A DNA stretch of 64,000 nt from NCBI GenBank assembly GCA_002010065.2, contig MTMD02000008.1:288001-352000 (forward strand), given 5' to 3'. Origin of the DNA: Candidatus Pyrohabitans jungbluthii (GTDB lineage: Archaea > Hydrothermarchaeota > Hydrothermarchaeia > Hydrothermarchaeales > BMS3B). Below are positions 37,836 to 46,216 of the stretch, one piece after another (position 1 is the stretch's first letter; each line of letters starts with the position of its first letter). The notes under the pieces are model-generated. The model was not told the origin of the DNA. It made no database searches and worked only from the letters and a program-made list of their open reading frames with translations. The position numbers and the translations under genes were made by a program.

Positions 37836-39167
37836 ATGGAGCCAGCTCAGATATTTGCAGCCACGGTGCTTTTAGTTTCATATGCTTTGATTGTCACAGA
37901 AAAGGTGCATCGCACAGTTGCCGCCATGGGAGGCGGAGCGCTGATAATCGCCCTTGGCCCCCATTTCGGGCTCATCGACAGGGCAAGCTACCCCAGCGAA
38001 ATCCACTTCATGCGCGAGGCAGTGGACTGGAACACCATAGGCCTCCTCCTAGGAATGATGATAATAGTGGGCATACTGAAGGACACAGGTGTATTCGAGT
38101 TTATCGCCGTAAAAACTGCCAAGCTCTCCAGGGGCGACCCCTGGAAGATAATGCTCCTGTTCGCCTCCACTACAGCTCTGCTTTCCGCCTTCCTGGACAA
38201 CGTTACCACAGTGCTGCTCATCGCCCCTGTCACTGTAAGTATAACCCTGAGCCTGAAGCTCAATCCCGTGCCATTTTTAATATCCGAGGTGCTAGCCTCC
38301 AACATAGGAGGCACTGCCACGCTCATAGGTGACCCGCCGAACATAATAATAGGAAGCGGCGCAGGACTCAGCTTCAATGAGTTCATCATCAACCTAGGAC
38401 CAATAGTCGTCGTCGTGTTTATTCTTTCGTTATTTTTCCTGAAATACGTCTTCAGAGCCCATCTGTCGCAGAAGCCAGAGAACATAGACGAAGTTCTTGC
38501 GATGAACGAGTGGGACCAGATTAAGGACCCCGTGCTACTCAAGAAGTCCCTCGCGGTGCTCGCCTTTGTTATAATCCTGTTCTTCCTGCACTCTGCTCTG
38601 CACCTAGAGCCATCGACGGTGGCGCTGCTCGGCGCCTCAATGCTCCTGCTTTTGAGCTTTGAGCATCCTGACAAGGCGCTCCACCAGGTGGAGTGGAGCG
38701 TGTTGCTATTCTTTGCAGGGCTGTTCGTGATAGTAAAGGGCGTGGAGGAGGCTGGCTTAATAGAGAGGGTTGCGATATTCGCTGTTGAGCTGACAGGCGG
38801 GGACCTAATTGTTGCCATGTTTGTAATACTGTGGATCTCGGCCATAGCAAGTGCCATAATAGATAACATCCCTTTCACGGCGACGATGGTACCACTGGTG
38901 CACAGCATGAGCTCGAGTCCAGAGCTGGCATCGCAGATAGCCCAGCTTAACGGAAACCCCCTGTGGTGGGCTCTCGCTCTGGGCGCCTGCCTTGGTGGAA
39001 ATGGTACGCTGATTGGAGCCTCCGCAAATGTCGTTGTCGCTGGAATAAGCGAGCGAATGGGATATCCGATATCCTTCAAGGAGTTTCTGAAGTACGGCGC
39101 ACCTGTAACATTCCTATCTGTGCTGATCTCCGGGATACTTCTTTATGTTAAAACCTTTATAATATAG
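37836..39167 (+). CDS. ArsB/NhaD-superfamily (IT superfamily, P-protein-like) anion permease
   Basis: SAFLDNVTTVLL, ASNIGGTATLIGDPPN, SAIIDNIPF and LGGNGTLIGASAN. Confidence 0.92.
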   Translation: MEPAQIFAATVLLVSYALIVTEKVHRTVAAMGGGALIIALGPHFGLIDRASYPSEIHFMREAVDWNTIGLLLGMMIIVGILKDTGVFEFIAVKTAKLSRGDPWKIMLLFASTTALLSAFLDNVTTVLLIAPVTVSITLSLKLNPVPFLISEVLASNIGGTATLIGDPPNIIIGSGAGLSFNEFIINLGPIVVVVFILSLFFLKYVFRAHLSQKPENIDEVLAMNEWDQIKDPVLLKKSLAVLAFVIILFFLHSALHLEPSTVALLGASMLLLLSFEHPDKALHQVEWSVLLFFAGLFVIVKGVEEAGLIERVAIFAVELTGGDLIVAMFVILWISAIASAIIDNIPFTATMVPLVHSMSSSPELASQIAQLNGNPLWWALALGACLGGNGTLIGASANVVVAGISERMGYPISFKEFLKYGAPVTFLSVLISGILLYVKTFII

Positions 39168-40070
39168 GTGAGGAGGAAAATGAAGATACTCGCAGCGGTG
39201 AAGTTTTCAGACGAAAAGAACCCTGTGGTGGAGACGAGTATAAACTTCGCATGCCATACCAAATCCTCTCTGCGCTTTCTTCATGTTGTGGACAGAACTC
39301 CGCTCAAGCGAAGCTTTGTCAGAGAGATGCCAGAGAGTATGAAGGAGTACCTGGTGAAGAGGGGGGAGGAAATTCTAAAGAATGCGAAGAAGCAGGCTAA
39401 GAGGTGCGGAATTTCTGTGAGAACAGCGCTTCTTGAAGGCAACCCCAAGGAAATTATATTGAAGGAGGCTGAGAAGCACGACCTCTTGGTTATGCGCTCC
39501 AGGGTTTTCAGCCCATCGGAGAAGCTGGGCAGCGTTGCCGAGCAGGTGCTCTCCAAGGTTACAAAGCCGGTGATGCTTGTAAATGAGACGAAGGCGAACT
39601 TCGACGTGTGCCTGGTACCGGTTGACGGCTCAGACGCTTCGTTTAAATCCCTGTATGAGATAAAGAACAAAAGCAAAATATACAATTTCAAAAAAATTAT
39701 TATCCTTTTGATTCACAGTAAGAGTAAGGAAGAGGTAGTTAAGGAGGAAGTGTCCAAGGATTCAAAGAAGGAGATCCTCTCCGGCACAGGTGAGCTTGAC
39801 CTGTATGGACACCGCGTCATAATGGAGGCCGCTGAGAACATAGTTGAAAACGCTGCTCCAGAGGTGGTGTCAGAGGTTGTCCACATAACGCATGGCGATG
39901 TTGCAGATGCCATTTTAGACTACTCTGCAAAGAAGCAGGTGGACATAATATTTATGGGTATGACGGGGAAAGGAAGAATCTCGCGCTTTTTCATGGGCTC
40001 CGTCTCACGAAAGGTGGCGTCTTTCTCCAAGGTGCCTGTGGTTATCTTTCCAGAGCCATACGTGCCCTGA
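39168..40070 (+). CDS. Tandem-domain universal stress protein
   Basis: KLGSVAEQVL..KPVMLV, CLVPVDGS and MGMTGKGRISRFFMGSVS. Abuts the permease stop (start GTG 39168 or ATG 39180). Confidence 0.9.
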   Translation: MRRKMKILAAVKFSDEKNPVVETSINFACHTKSSLRFLHVVDRTPLKRSFVREMPESMKEYLVKRGEEILKNAKKQAKRCGISVRTALLEGNPKEIILKEAEKHDLLVMRSRVFSPSEKLGSVAEQVLSKVTKPVMLVNETKANFDVCLVPVDGSDASFKSLYEIKNKSKIYNFKKIIILLIHSKSKEEVVKEEVSKDSKKEILSGTGELDLYGHRVIMEAAENIVENAAPEVVSEVVHITHGDVADAILDYSAKKQVDIIFMGMTGKGRISRFFMGSVSRKVASFSKVPVVIFPEPYVP

Positions 40071-40092
40071 TTAAAAAGAAAAGGTAGAGAAT

Positions 40093-40467
40093 TTAGTCCT
40101 CCTCGTCATCCTCCTTCTTATCAGGGTCGAAGTCCAGGTATTCCTTCATCTCTCCCGGGAATATCTCTATTACCTCGTCGCCGCGCTTTAAATGGGTGTA
40201 AACCACCTCAAGATAATCCTCAAACTTCACCTTGTACTTCTCATGAAAGTCAGGTAAATCACGGGGGAAGTTTATCCATCGGGGATTCTCCACCTTAACC
40301 TCAACGGTCTCGTTGATCTCCTGAATCAGGTTTTTCCTTTCATCGAAGTGACGGCGCACCTCAAAGACAAGCACATCTCCCGGCTTAATGTCGTACTGTG
40401 TCTTCATGGTGTAGTTTATGTACATCTCGTCGTCGCTCTCTATGCGGTTTATCTCCCTGAGTGGCAT
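40093..40467 (-). CDS. Hypothetical protein, possible tandem AbrB/SpoVT swapped-hairpin repeats
   Basis: YINYTMKTQYDIKPGDVLVFEV and INFPRD..HEKYKVKFEDYLEVV repeats; acidic tail; GGAGG SD. Confidence 0.7.
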   Translation of the reverse strand: MPLREINRIESDDEMYINYTMKTQYDIKPGDVLVFEVRRHFDERKNLIQEINETVEVKVENPRWINFPRDLPDFHEKYKVKFEDYLEVVYTHLKRGDEVIEIFPGEMKEYLDFDPDKKEDDEED

Positions 40468-40538
40468 TGCTTTCGCCTCCCTTAACTTTTTCTTACCAAA
40501 GTTAGCTAAACTATCTTAACCTGTTAAACTTTGGAGGC

Positions 40539-41039
40539 ATGGCAATGGCGGAGTTACCCACTGTACCCTATCATCCTACACCTCATGACAAGGCTAAGGA
40601 GCTTCTATCTTTGGCGGAACTCAGCGAGGGCGAGGTGCTCTTTGACCTGGGCTGCGGCAAGGGAAATATACTCATAGTTGGCGCCGAGGAGTTCGGAGCG
40701 CGATGCGTTGGAATAGAGAAGGATGCAGAGCTGGTGAGGGAAGCGTGGGAAGAGGTTAAGAGGCGCGGACTTGAGGACAGGGTGGAGATAATCCATGGGG
40801 ATATCTTTGCTCCCGAGTTCTGGGCGCACTTAGGCGGCGAAGGCAGCGCAGTTGTGCGCAACGCAGACGTCGTGGCAATATACCTCAACTTCGACATGCA
40901 CGAAGTGCTAAAGCCCATGCTTGAGAAGGAGCTGCGCGATGGCACTCGCGTGGCGAGCTTTGAGTTCTTTGTGCGCGGCTGGAAGGTTTATAAAGAAAAG
41001 CCAATGATGTTTGTTTTCAAGAAGGGAGATGGATTTTGA
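40539..41039 (+). CDS. Class I SAM-dependent methyltransferase (small protein-lysine MTase-like)
   Basis: VPYHPTP, LFDLGCGKG, GIEKD, HGDIF, ADVVAIYL and GTRVASFEF. Confidence 0.88.
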   Translation: MAMAELPTVPYHPTPHDKAKELLSLAELSEGEVLFDLGCGKGNILIVGAEEFGARCVGIEKDAELVREAWEEVKRRGLEDRVEIIHGDIFAPEFWAHLGGEGSAVVRNADVVAIYLNFDMHEVLKPMLEKELRDGTRVASFEFFVRGWKVYKEKPMMFVFKKGDGF

Positions 41040-41077
41040 GGTTCCAGAGGAAACACAGGAAACTGAGGCGAAGTAAT

Positions 41078-41093
41078 AGAAAATATTTTATAC
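41078..41093 (+). promoter_or_regulatory. BRE/TATA promoter for the candidate ncRNA
   Basis: AGAAAA-TA-TTTTATAC; TATA centre is about 26 nt upstream of G41116. Confidence 0.55.
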
Positions 41094-41115
41094 TATGATG
41101 TACAATAATAGACCT

Positions 41116-41258
41116 GCGGGCTCGGTAAGAGCTCGGCGACGCTGCTTCGGCAGCAACGCCGGCACAGGCCTCCTCCTTGAGGAGAGCTATGTGTGAGAGG
41201 AAGGCTGATCTGCCTCTTTGAGGCAAGAGAGCCAGACTCTCGGCCTTGCCGAGCCCGC
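41116..41258 (+). ncRNA. Candidate structured ncRNA, four-way junction (family not recognised)
   Basis: 14-bp closing stem GCGGGCTCGGTAAG/CTTGCCGAGCCCGC enclosing three hairpins (GCTGC-TTCG-GCAGC; CTCCTC-CTT-GAGGAG; TGCCTC-TTT-GAGGCA). GC-rich island in an AT-rich spacer, with a T-tract after it. Confidence 0.75.
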
Positions 41259-41266
41259 TCTCATTT

Positions 41267-42496
41267 TTATGCTGATTTTCTTCTGTGCAGTTCCTCCGCC
41301 AGCATGGGCAAAAACACACCTATGTCGGTGACCACACCCAATGCTTGAGCGGTACCTCGGTCTGTGAGCTTTGTTACCGTCGCGGGGTTTATGTCCACGC
41401 ATATCGTTTTGACACTGCTGGGCAATATGTTGCCCACAGCTATGCTGTGCAGCATTGTGCACATCATAAGCACCAAGCCTACGCCTCGAAGATGGCGGCG
41501 CATCTCGCGCTGAGCCTCAAGCACATCTGTAATCACCTCAGGTAAGGGTCCGTCGTCGCGTATGGAGCCAGCGAGCACATAGGGTATGCCGCGGCGAATC
41601 ACCTCGTACATTATTCCAGCCTTAAGCTTACCCTGCTTAACAAGCTCCGCTATGCCACCAGCCTTCATAACCTCATTTATCGCGTAGAGGTGGTGGCGGT
41701 GACCGCCTTCAGCAGGCCTCCCTGTCTTGATGTTTACTCCCAGAGAGGTGCCGAAGAGCTGAGCTTCGATGTCATGCACCGCTAAGGCGTTGCCAGCGTA
41801 GAGCACGTCTATGTAGCCCTCGCGTATCATCCTCGCCAAAGCTGGCGCTGCACTCGTATGAACTACCGCAGGCCCGACAACAGCCAAAACCTTCTTGCCC
41901 GAGCGCTTCACCTCGAGTATTGCCTCGGCGATCTGTCTGATCAACGGCTCCGCAGGCTTTTCACTGCTCACGCGGCTGCGCATGAACTCAAATACAGAAA
42001 AGCCCCGCGGCCTCTCCGGAGGCTCAATGCGAATTCCGCTCTGCCCTACAACGACGAGGTCCCCCTTCTTAATCTCGCCTATGGGCTTGCAGTAAGCGCG
42101 CTTCTTCTCTGGTTCAACCACAATTGCTGTGTCCATCTCAATGTCCTCTACCTCAACCCACTCGCCATCAAGGAGCACGTAGGTGGGGTGGTTGGTGGTG
42201 GAGTAAAAGCCATCGGGAAGAGTCCTGTCTTTTGGCGCGGGCTTTAACCTCAGCTCCTCAACTTCAGGAACTCTCGCTCCAACCTTTCGCAGCTCCCCCA
42301 GAATTTCATCAAGTTGCTCCCTTGTCTTCGCCTTTACCAGTATTCTGGCATAGCTGGGGTCGGTTTTGTGCTTTCCTATGTCGAACTGGAGCACCTCAAA
42401 GTCGCCGCCCATGTCCATTATGGTGTCAAAAACCTTTGGGAGAATGAAAGAGTCAATTATATGCCCTTTAAGCTCAATCTCTCGCACTGCCACCAT
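41267..42496 (-). CDS. TIGR00300/LOR-SDH family protein (AgrE/ArgZ C-terminal-like ornithine cyclodeaminase)
   Basis: [52 protein letters not shown] and TKLTDRG. Confidence 0.88.
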   Translation of the reverse strand: MVAVREIELKGHIIDSFILPKVFDTIMDMGGDFEVLQFDIGKHKTDPSYARILVKAKTREQLDEILGELRKVGARVPEVEELRLKPAPKDRTLPDGFYSTTNHPTYVLLDGEWVEVEDIEMDTAIVVEPEKKRAYCKPIGEIKKGDLVVVGQSGIRIEPPERPRGFSVFEFMRSRVSSEKPAEPLIRQIAEAILEVKRSGKKVLAVVGPAVVHTSAAPALARMIREGYIDVLYAGNALAVHDIEAQLFGTSLGVNIKTGRPAEGGHRHHLYAINEVMKAGGIAELVKQGKLKAGIMYEVIRRGIPYVLAGSIRDDGPLPEVITDVLEAQREMRRHLRGVGLVLMMCTMLHSIAVGNILPSSVKTICVDINPATVTKLTDRGTAQALGVVTDIGVFLPMLAEELHRRKSA

Positions 42497-42546
42497 ACTA
42501 CCACGCTAGAGGAGTATATATACCAGACTATTAATAACTTTTCTCT

Positions 42547-43311
42547 ATGCGTGCCCTCATCAACCTGAAGCTTACCATGGAAAGTGGCCAGCCGCCTGAG
42601 TTTCTCTGGAATAAAGAGGGCGAAAGATACTGGCGGGAGCTTGGCGATGGTCGTTGTTGCTACCTGTGGCAGCGGAATGAGGAGCTATTATACCAGGGTT
42701 GCACCGAGAGTTATGTACGTGAGTTTCTCAGGCTGGATGACAACCTTGAGGAGATTTACGCGGTTATCTCAGCCGAAGACGAGGTTATGACGCGAGCTAT
42801 TGAGCGCTTCCGCGGGTTAAGAATAACAAAGAATGACCCGTGGGAGACCCTCGTAGCCTTCATCTGCTCCATAAACAACAACATCCCGCGAATAAGGAAG
42901 AATGTGCAGTGCCTTCTCAGCGGGGGCTGTGTATTGCCTCCGGAGCAGCTTGCCGCAGCAGACTTGACCAAAGCAAAGCTGGGCTTCAGGGAGAGATACC
43001 TTAAAGCCACCGCAGCGAGAGTCGCTAACATGGACTTCAAAGCTCTTGGAAAGCTGAGCTACACCGAAGCCAAGCAGGAGCTTATGAAGCTCCAGGGTGT
43101 TGGGGAGAAGGTTGCTGACTGCGTGCTCCTCTTTGGCTTCGGCTACCTTGAGGCTTTTCCTGTGGATGTGTGGATAGCCCGTGCTATGCGTGCATATTAT
43201 GGCATCGATAAAATTAAGGAGATGCGCCACTTTGCCCGCGAGAGGTGGCACCCCTACGAGGGCTACGCCCAGCAGTACCTCTACATGCTGGTGAGGGAGG
43301 AGAAGCCGTGA
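42547..43311 (+). CDS. ogg: 8-oxoguanine DNA glycosylase, Ogg1 type (HhH-GPD)
   Basis: ESGQ, FICSINNNIPRI, LQGVGEKVADCVLLF, FPVDVW and GYAQQYLY. Confidence 0.9.
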   Translation: MRALINLKLTMESGQPPEFLWNKEGERYWRELGDGRCCYLWQRNEELLYQGCTESYVREFLRLDDNLEEIYAVISAEDEVMTRAIERFRGLRITKNDPWETLVAFICSINNNIPRIRKNVQCLLSGGCVLPPEQLAAADLTKAKLGFRERYLKATAARVANMDFKALGKLSYTEAKQELMKLQGVGEKVADCVLLFGFGYLEAFPVDVWIARAMRAYYGIDKIKEMRHFARERWHPYEGYAQQYLYMLVREEKP

Positions 43312-43317
43312 GGGTAA

Positions 43318-44979
43318 CTACAACCTCCCGCTCCTCAGAATGCTGAGCAGGAGCACTGTGCCCAGAACGCTGGCGAACAGAAAGCCAAGGATGCCAAAGA
43401 CCGGGTATCCCAGGAAGCTTGGCCCCTTATCTGTCTGCATTATAAGCGCCGAGCCTACAACTATAGCTGAGGTTATGAGCGCGAAGGAGATGCGGTTGCT
43501 CATCACCTCAAGCTCATATATCAGCTCGCTGAAGCCGCGGTGCTGCAGGGTGAGCTTGCCCTCCTCCGCGCGCCTCAGCACCGCCTCGGTAGCCGTGGGA
43601 ATCCTCCTCAGCGCCTGTACCAGAGATGAAAGCTCGCGAATAAAATCTCTGGCAAGGCGGCGTGGAGCTAGGCGCTGGCGTATCATCTCCTTTACGAAGG
43701 GCTTGGCGGCAATGGTGAAGTTGAACTCAGGGTTCAGCGTTCTGGCAACGCCCTCTATTGTAACCATGCTTTTGATTAGGAAGGCGAAGTTAGGGGGCAT
43801 CATTACGCGATGCTTTAGCGCAATCTCCAGCATCTCGTTGAGCAGGGCAGCGACGTTCACCTGGCTAAGCTTGGTGTCGTAGTACTCAAGGATTAAGTCT
43901 TCAATATCACTGCGGAACTCACTCAAATCGCTCTCCGGCGTTACTACCCCTATGCGCAGAAGCTGCTCCACAACGCGCTCAACATCCTTATCAACCAGCG
44001 CTATCGCTAGGTCAGCGAGCTTGTCGCGCAGCTCGCTCTCTATGCGCGCCACCATTCCAAAGTCCACCATGGCTATGCGCTCGCCTTCAAGCACCAGCAG
44101 GTTGCCCGGGTGAGGGTCTGCCTGGAAAAGCCCATCCACAAAAAACTGCTTCATGAACGCCTGGGCGAGCCTCTCAGCGAGCAGCTCAAGGTCGTAGCCC
44201 CTGTTTTTGAGCTCCTCAACTTTGCTTATCTTCACCCCCTCAATATACTCCATGCATAGCACCCGCTTTGTGGTGTACTCCCAGTATATCTTTGGTATCT
44301 TTATGTAGTCTATGTCAGAGAAGTTCTTTGCAAAGCGCTCCGCATTTCTCCCTTCCCGCATGAAATCCAGCTCACGGCGAATAGTCTTGGCAAACTCGTT
44401 AACTATGCCAACGAGGTTGTAGCGCCTTGCCTCGCGCACACGAGCTTCAACCAGCGATGCAAGCTGGTACAGCAGGGAGATGTCTGATTCGATAGTCTTT
44501 GCTATATTCGGGCGCTGCACCTTGACAACGACGCTCTCCCCGCTCTTGAGCTTCGCCCTGTGAACCTGCGCCAGTGAGGCGCTGGCTATGGGCTTGCGCT
44601 CAAAGTAAGCAAAAACCTCCTCTAAGCTCTTACCAAGCTCCTGCTCCACTACACCCTTTACTTCATCGAAGCTCAACGGCAGCGCTTCATCCTGAAGCTT
44701 GCTCAGCTCGTCGATATACTCCTTGGGTATTAAGTCTGGGCGAGTGCTCAGAATCTGCCCTAGCTTTATGTAGGTAGCGCCCAGCTCCTCCAGGATAAGG
44801 CGCACCTTCTCAGGCGTTGTAAGCCCCTCTATCTCCTCCGGGAAGAGCCTTCTCTTAAAGGGTATGTAGGAGTAGAGACCAGCGCGTTTTAGTACAATAT
44901 CGAAGCCATACTTGCTGACAACACCTACTATCTCACGCAGCCTGGCTACGTTGCCTATACCTCGCCTTCTGTGTAGCAT
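43318..44979 (-). CDS. ubiB: UbiB/AarF/ABC1 atypical kinase
   Basis: YIKLGQILSTRPD, ASASLAQVH, VVKVQRP, FQADPHPGN and VDFGM; two C-terminal TM helices. Start ATG 44979. Confidence 0.93.
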   Translation of the reverse strand: MLHRRRGIGNVARLREIVGVVSKYGFDIVLKRAGLYSYIPFKRRLFPEEIEGLTTPEKVRLILEELGATYIKLGQILSTRPDLIPKEYIDELSKLQDEALPLSFDEVKGVVEQELGKSLEEVFAYFERKPIASASLAQVHRAKLKSGESVVVKVQRPNIAKTIESDISLLYQLASLVEARVREARRYNLVGIVNEFAKTIRRELDFMREGRNAERFAKNFSDIDYIKIPKIYWEYTTKRVLCMEYIEGVKISKVEELKNRGYDLELLAERLAQAFMKQFFVDGLFQADPHPGNLLVLEGERIAMVDFGMVARIESELRDKLADLAIALVDKDVERVVEQLLRIGVVTPESDLSEFRSDIEDLILEYYDTKLSQVNVAALLNEMLEIALKHRVMMPPNFAFLIKSMVTIEGVARTLNPEFNFTIAAKPFVKEMIRQRLAPRRLARDFIRELSSLVQALRRIPTATEAVLRRAEEGKLTLQHRGFSELIYELEVMSNRISFALITSAIVVGSALIMQTDKGPSFLGYPVFGILGFLFASVLGTVLLLSILRSGRL

Positions 44980-44980
44980 A

Positions 44981-45292
44981 CTACTTCTCGCCAGCCAGCT
45001 TGGCAATGGTGCGCTCGAGCTTTTCTATCTTCTTGCTCAGCTTTTCCACGTCCTTCTTGGAGGCGACACCTGTTTTAGCTAAAGCCTTCTCAACCTCCTC
45101 CGCGACTCTCTTCTGAAGCTCCTTCTTCTGCTTCTCCCGCTCAGCGAGAAGCTCTCTCACGAGGGCCTTGCCCTCCTCCCTGCTCAGCTCCCCCTTCTTC
45201 TCAAGCTCCGCCACAAACTCGCGGAGTTTCTCCTCTGTTATGGCAGCAAGACCTATTCCCAGAAGTAGAGCTTTCTTTATCAAATCCTTCAC
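44981..45292 (-). CDS. Phasin-like (PhaF/PhaI-type) coiled-coil protein
   Basis: KKALLLGIGLAAIT..ELEKKGELSREEG..ASKKDVEKL; usual upstream partner of ubiB. Confidence 0.8.
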   Translation of the reverse strand: MKDLIKKALLLGIGLAAITEEKLREFVAELEKKGELSREEGKALVRELLAEREKQKKELQKRVAEEVEKALAKTGVASKKDVEKLSKKIEKLERTIAKLAGEK

Positions 45293-45350
45293 ACCAAATC
45301 CCTCCTAGTGTAATATGGGCACGGAGGATAAAAAAGTTTGTCATGATAGG

Positions 45351-45382
45351 AACTTCGTTACCCTATCGCCTATCGGCGAGAC
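45351..45382. repeat. Truncated copy of the palindromic intergenic repeat
   Basis: AACTTCGTTACCCTATCGCC-TATC-GGCGAGAC compared with unit CTTCGTCACCCTATCGTGC-TTC-GCACGAGAC at 46139. Confidence 0.65.
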
Positions 45383-45412
45383 CTCCTGCTACCATAGATT
45401 CAAGTTTGAATG

Positions 45413-45634
45413 TCAGGAGATCAGGCAGTAGTGGTTCACCCCGTTTATCTTAACCTTTCGCAGGTACCTGTAGAGCATGTGGTAGTAGATGAACATCTTT
45501 ATGTGCCCTTCGTTAACTTTATACCCTCTCTCCGCCAGCCTCTCTGCTATTGTGCGCCCATCCACCACTTCACCAGGCTTAATGACCTCTAAAATCGCCC
45601 TAACCTTATTCGCGGTGTTCCCGAACTTCCTCAC
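45413..45634 (-). CDS. Small basic winged-helix protein
   Basis: 73 aa: VDGRTIAERLAERGYKVNEGHIKMFIYYHM..YLRKVKINGVNHY. GGAGGTGA SD lies 6 nt before the GTG. Confidence 0.7.
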   Translation of the reverse strand: MRKFGNTANKVRAILEVIKPGEVVDGRTIAERLAERGYKVNEGHIKMFIYYHMLYRYLRKVKINGVNHYCLIS

Positions 45635-45722
45635 CTTTCATCACCTCCTTCAGGTATAAGTCGAGGGCTACCCCGAGAGCAATGCTTGCCCCGGCGAAGA
45701 GCGCAGTTATGATTATGTCCAT
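45606..45722 (-). CDS. Small single-TM peptide (38-40 aa), below the ORF-track threshold
   Basis: (MR)MDIIITALFAGASIALGVALDLYLKEVMKGEEVREHRE*; GGTGA SD; overlaps the start of the wHTH gene. Confidence 0.55.
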   Translation of the reverse strand: MDIIITALFAGASIALGVALDLYLKEVMKGEEVREHRE

Positions 45723-46063
45723 TCTCATCACCTTTTGATAAAATATAGTAGTACCCATAATATTTATTATTTTTCCAGCAATAATGGATGTTTTAATAAT
45801 AATTGGCGTTTAATTGGTCGCTTTAATGTTCACAAATGTTTATATTCGTGTATTATTGTAAAACAAGCCAATACCTCTTTTTGCGCTTTAGTCCACATCT
45901 ACGAAATATAAAAATTCATGGCCGTTATGTTTCGAAAAGTTTCTCTGTGGTCATTTCCATAATATATGCCAGATTTATTGGCATTTGGTCAAATCATGGT
46001 AATCAATGCGTCATTACACAGCTACCTCGCCAAAATCGTAGGTATTTTGGCTACTTCATTCCA

Positions 46064-46176
46064 GGTACTTCGTCACCCTATCGTGCTTCGCACGAAACGG
46101 GTAACTTCGTCACACCGGAAGCTTCGCGAGACGGGTAACTTCGTCACCCTATCGTGCTTCGCACGAGACGGGTAAC
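46064..46176. repeat. Three tandem units (37/34/37 bp) of a palindromic REP-like repeat
   Basis: CTTCGTCACCCTATCGTGCTTCGCACGA(A/G)ACGGGTAA at 46068 and 46139, with variant CTTCGTCACACCGGAAGCTTCGCGAGACGGGTAA at 46105. Confidence 0.85.
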
Positions 46177-46216
46177 CCCCAGTAAAAAATTTATTCCCCG
46201 CCAGCCTGGTTATACC

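Noticed and set aside
35442-39079. Long antisense ORFs (e.g. 35442-36323, 37988-39079; also 1504-2340 and 15035-15856)
   Set aside because: Shadow frames opposite well-supported genes, with Ser/Thr/Ala- or Leu/His-biased translations and no motifs.
41116-41258. SRP RNA, RNase P RNA, 5S rRNA or SECIS
   Set aside because: Too short for archaeal SRP or RNase P and lacks their conserved motifs; topology is unlike 5S. The GAA/AGA internal loop is SECIS-reminiscent, but neighbouring genes have no plausible in-frame UGA.
43312-43318. Lone GGGTAAC between ogg and ubiB stops
   Set aside because: A single 7-mer matching the repeat end, with no hairpin; could be chance.
45836-46175. ORFs 45836-46138 and 45966-46175
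   Set aside because: They run through AT-rich spacer and palindromic repeats, have atypical composition and no SD; likely spurious.
46064-46176. Mini CRISPR array
   Set aside because: The intervening segments are not unique spacers: units 1 and 3 are near-identical and self-complementary. There is no cas gene, and related units are dispersed elsewhere.
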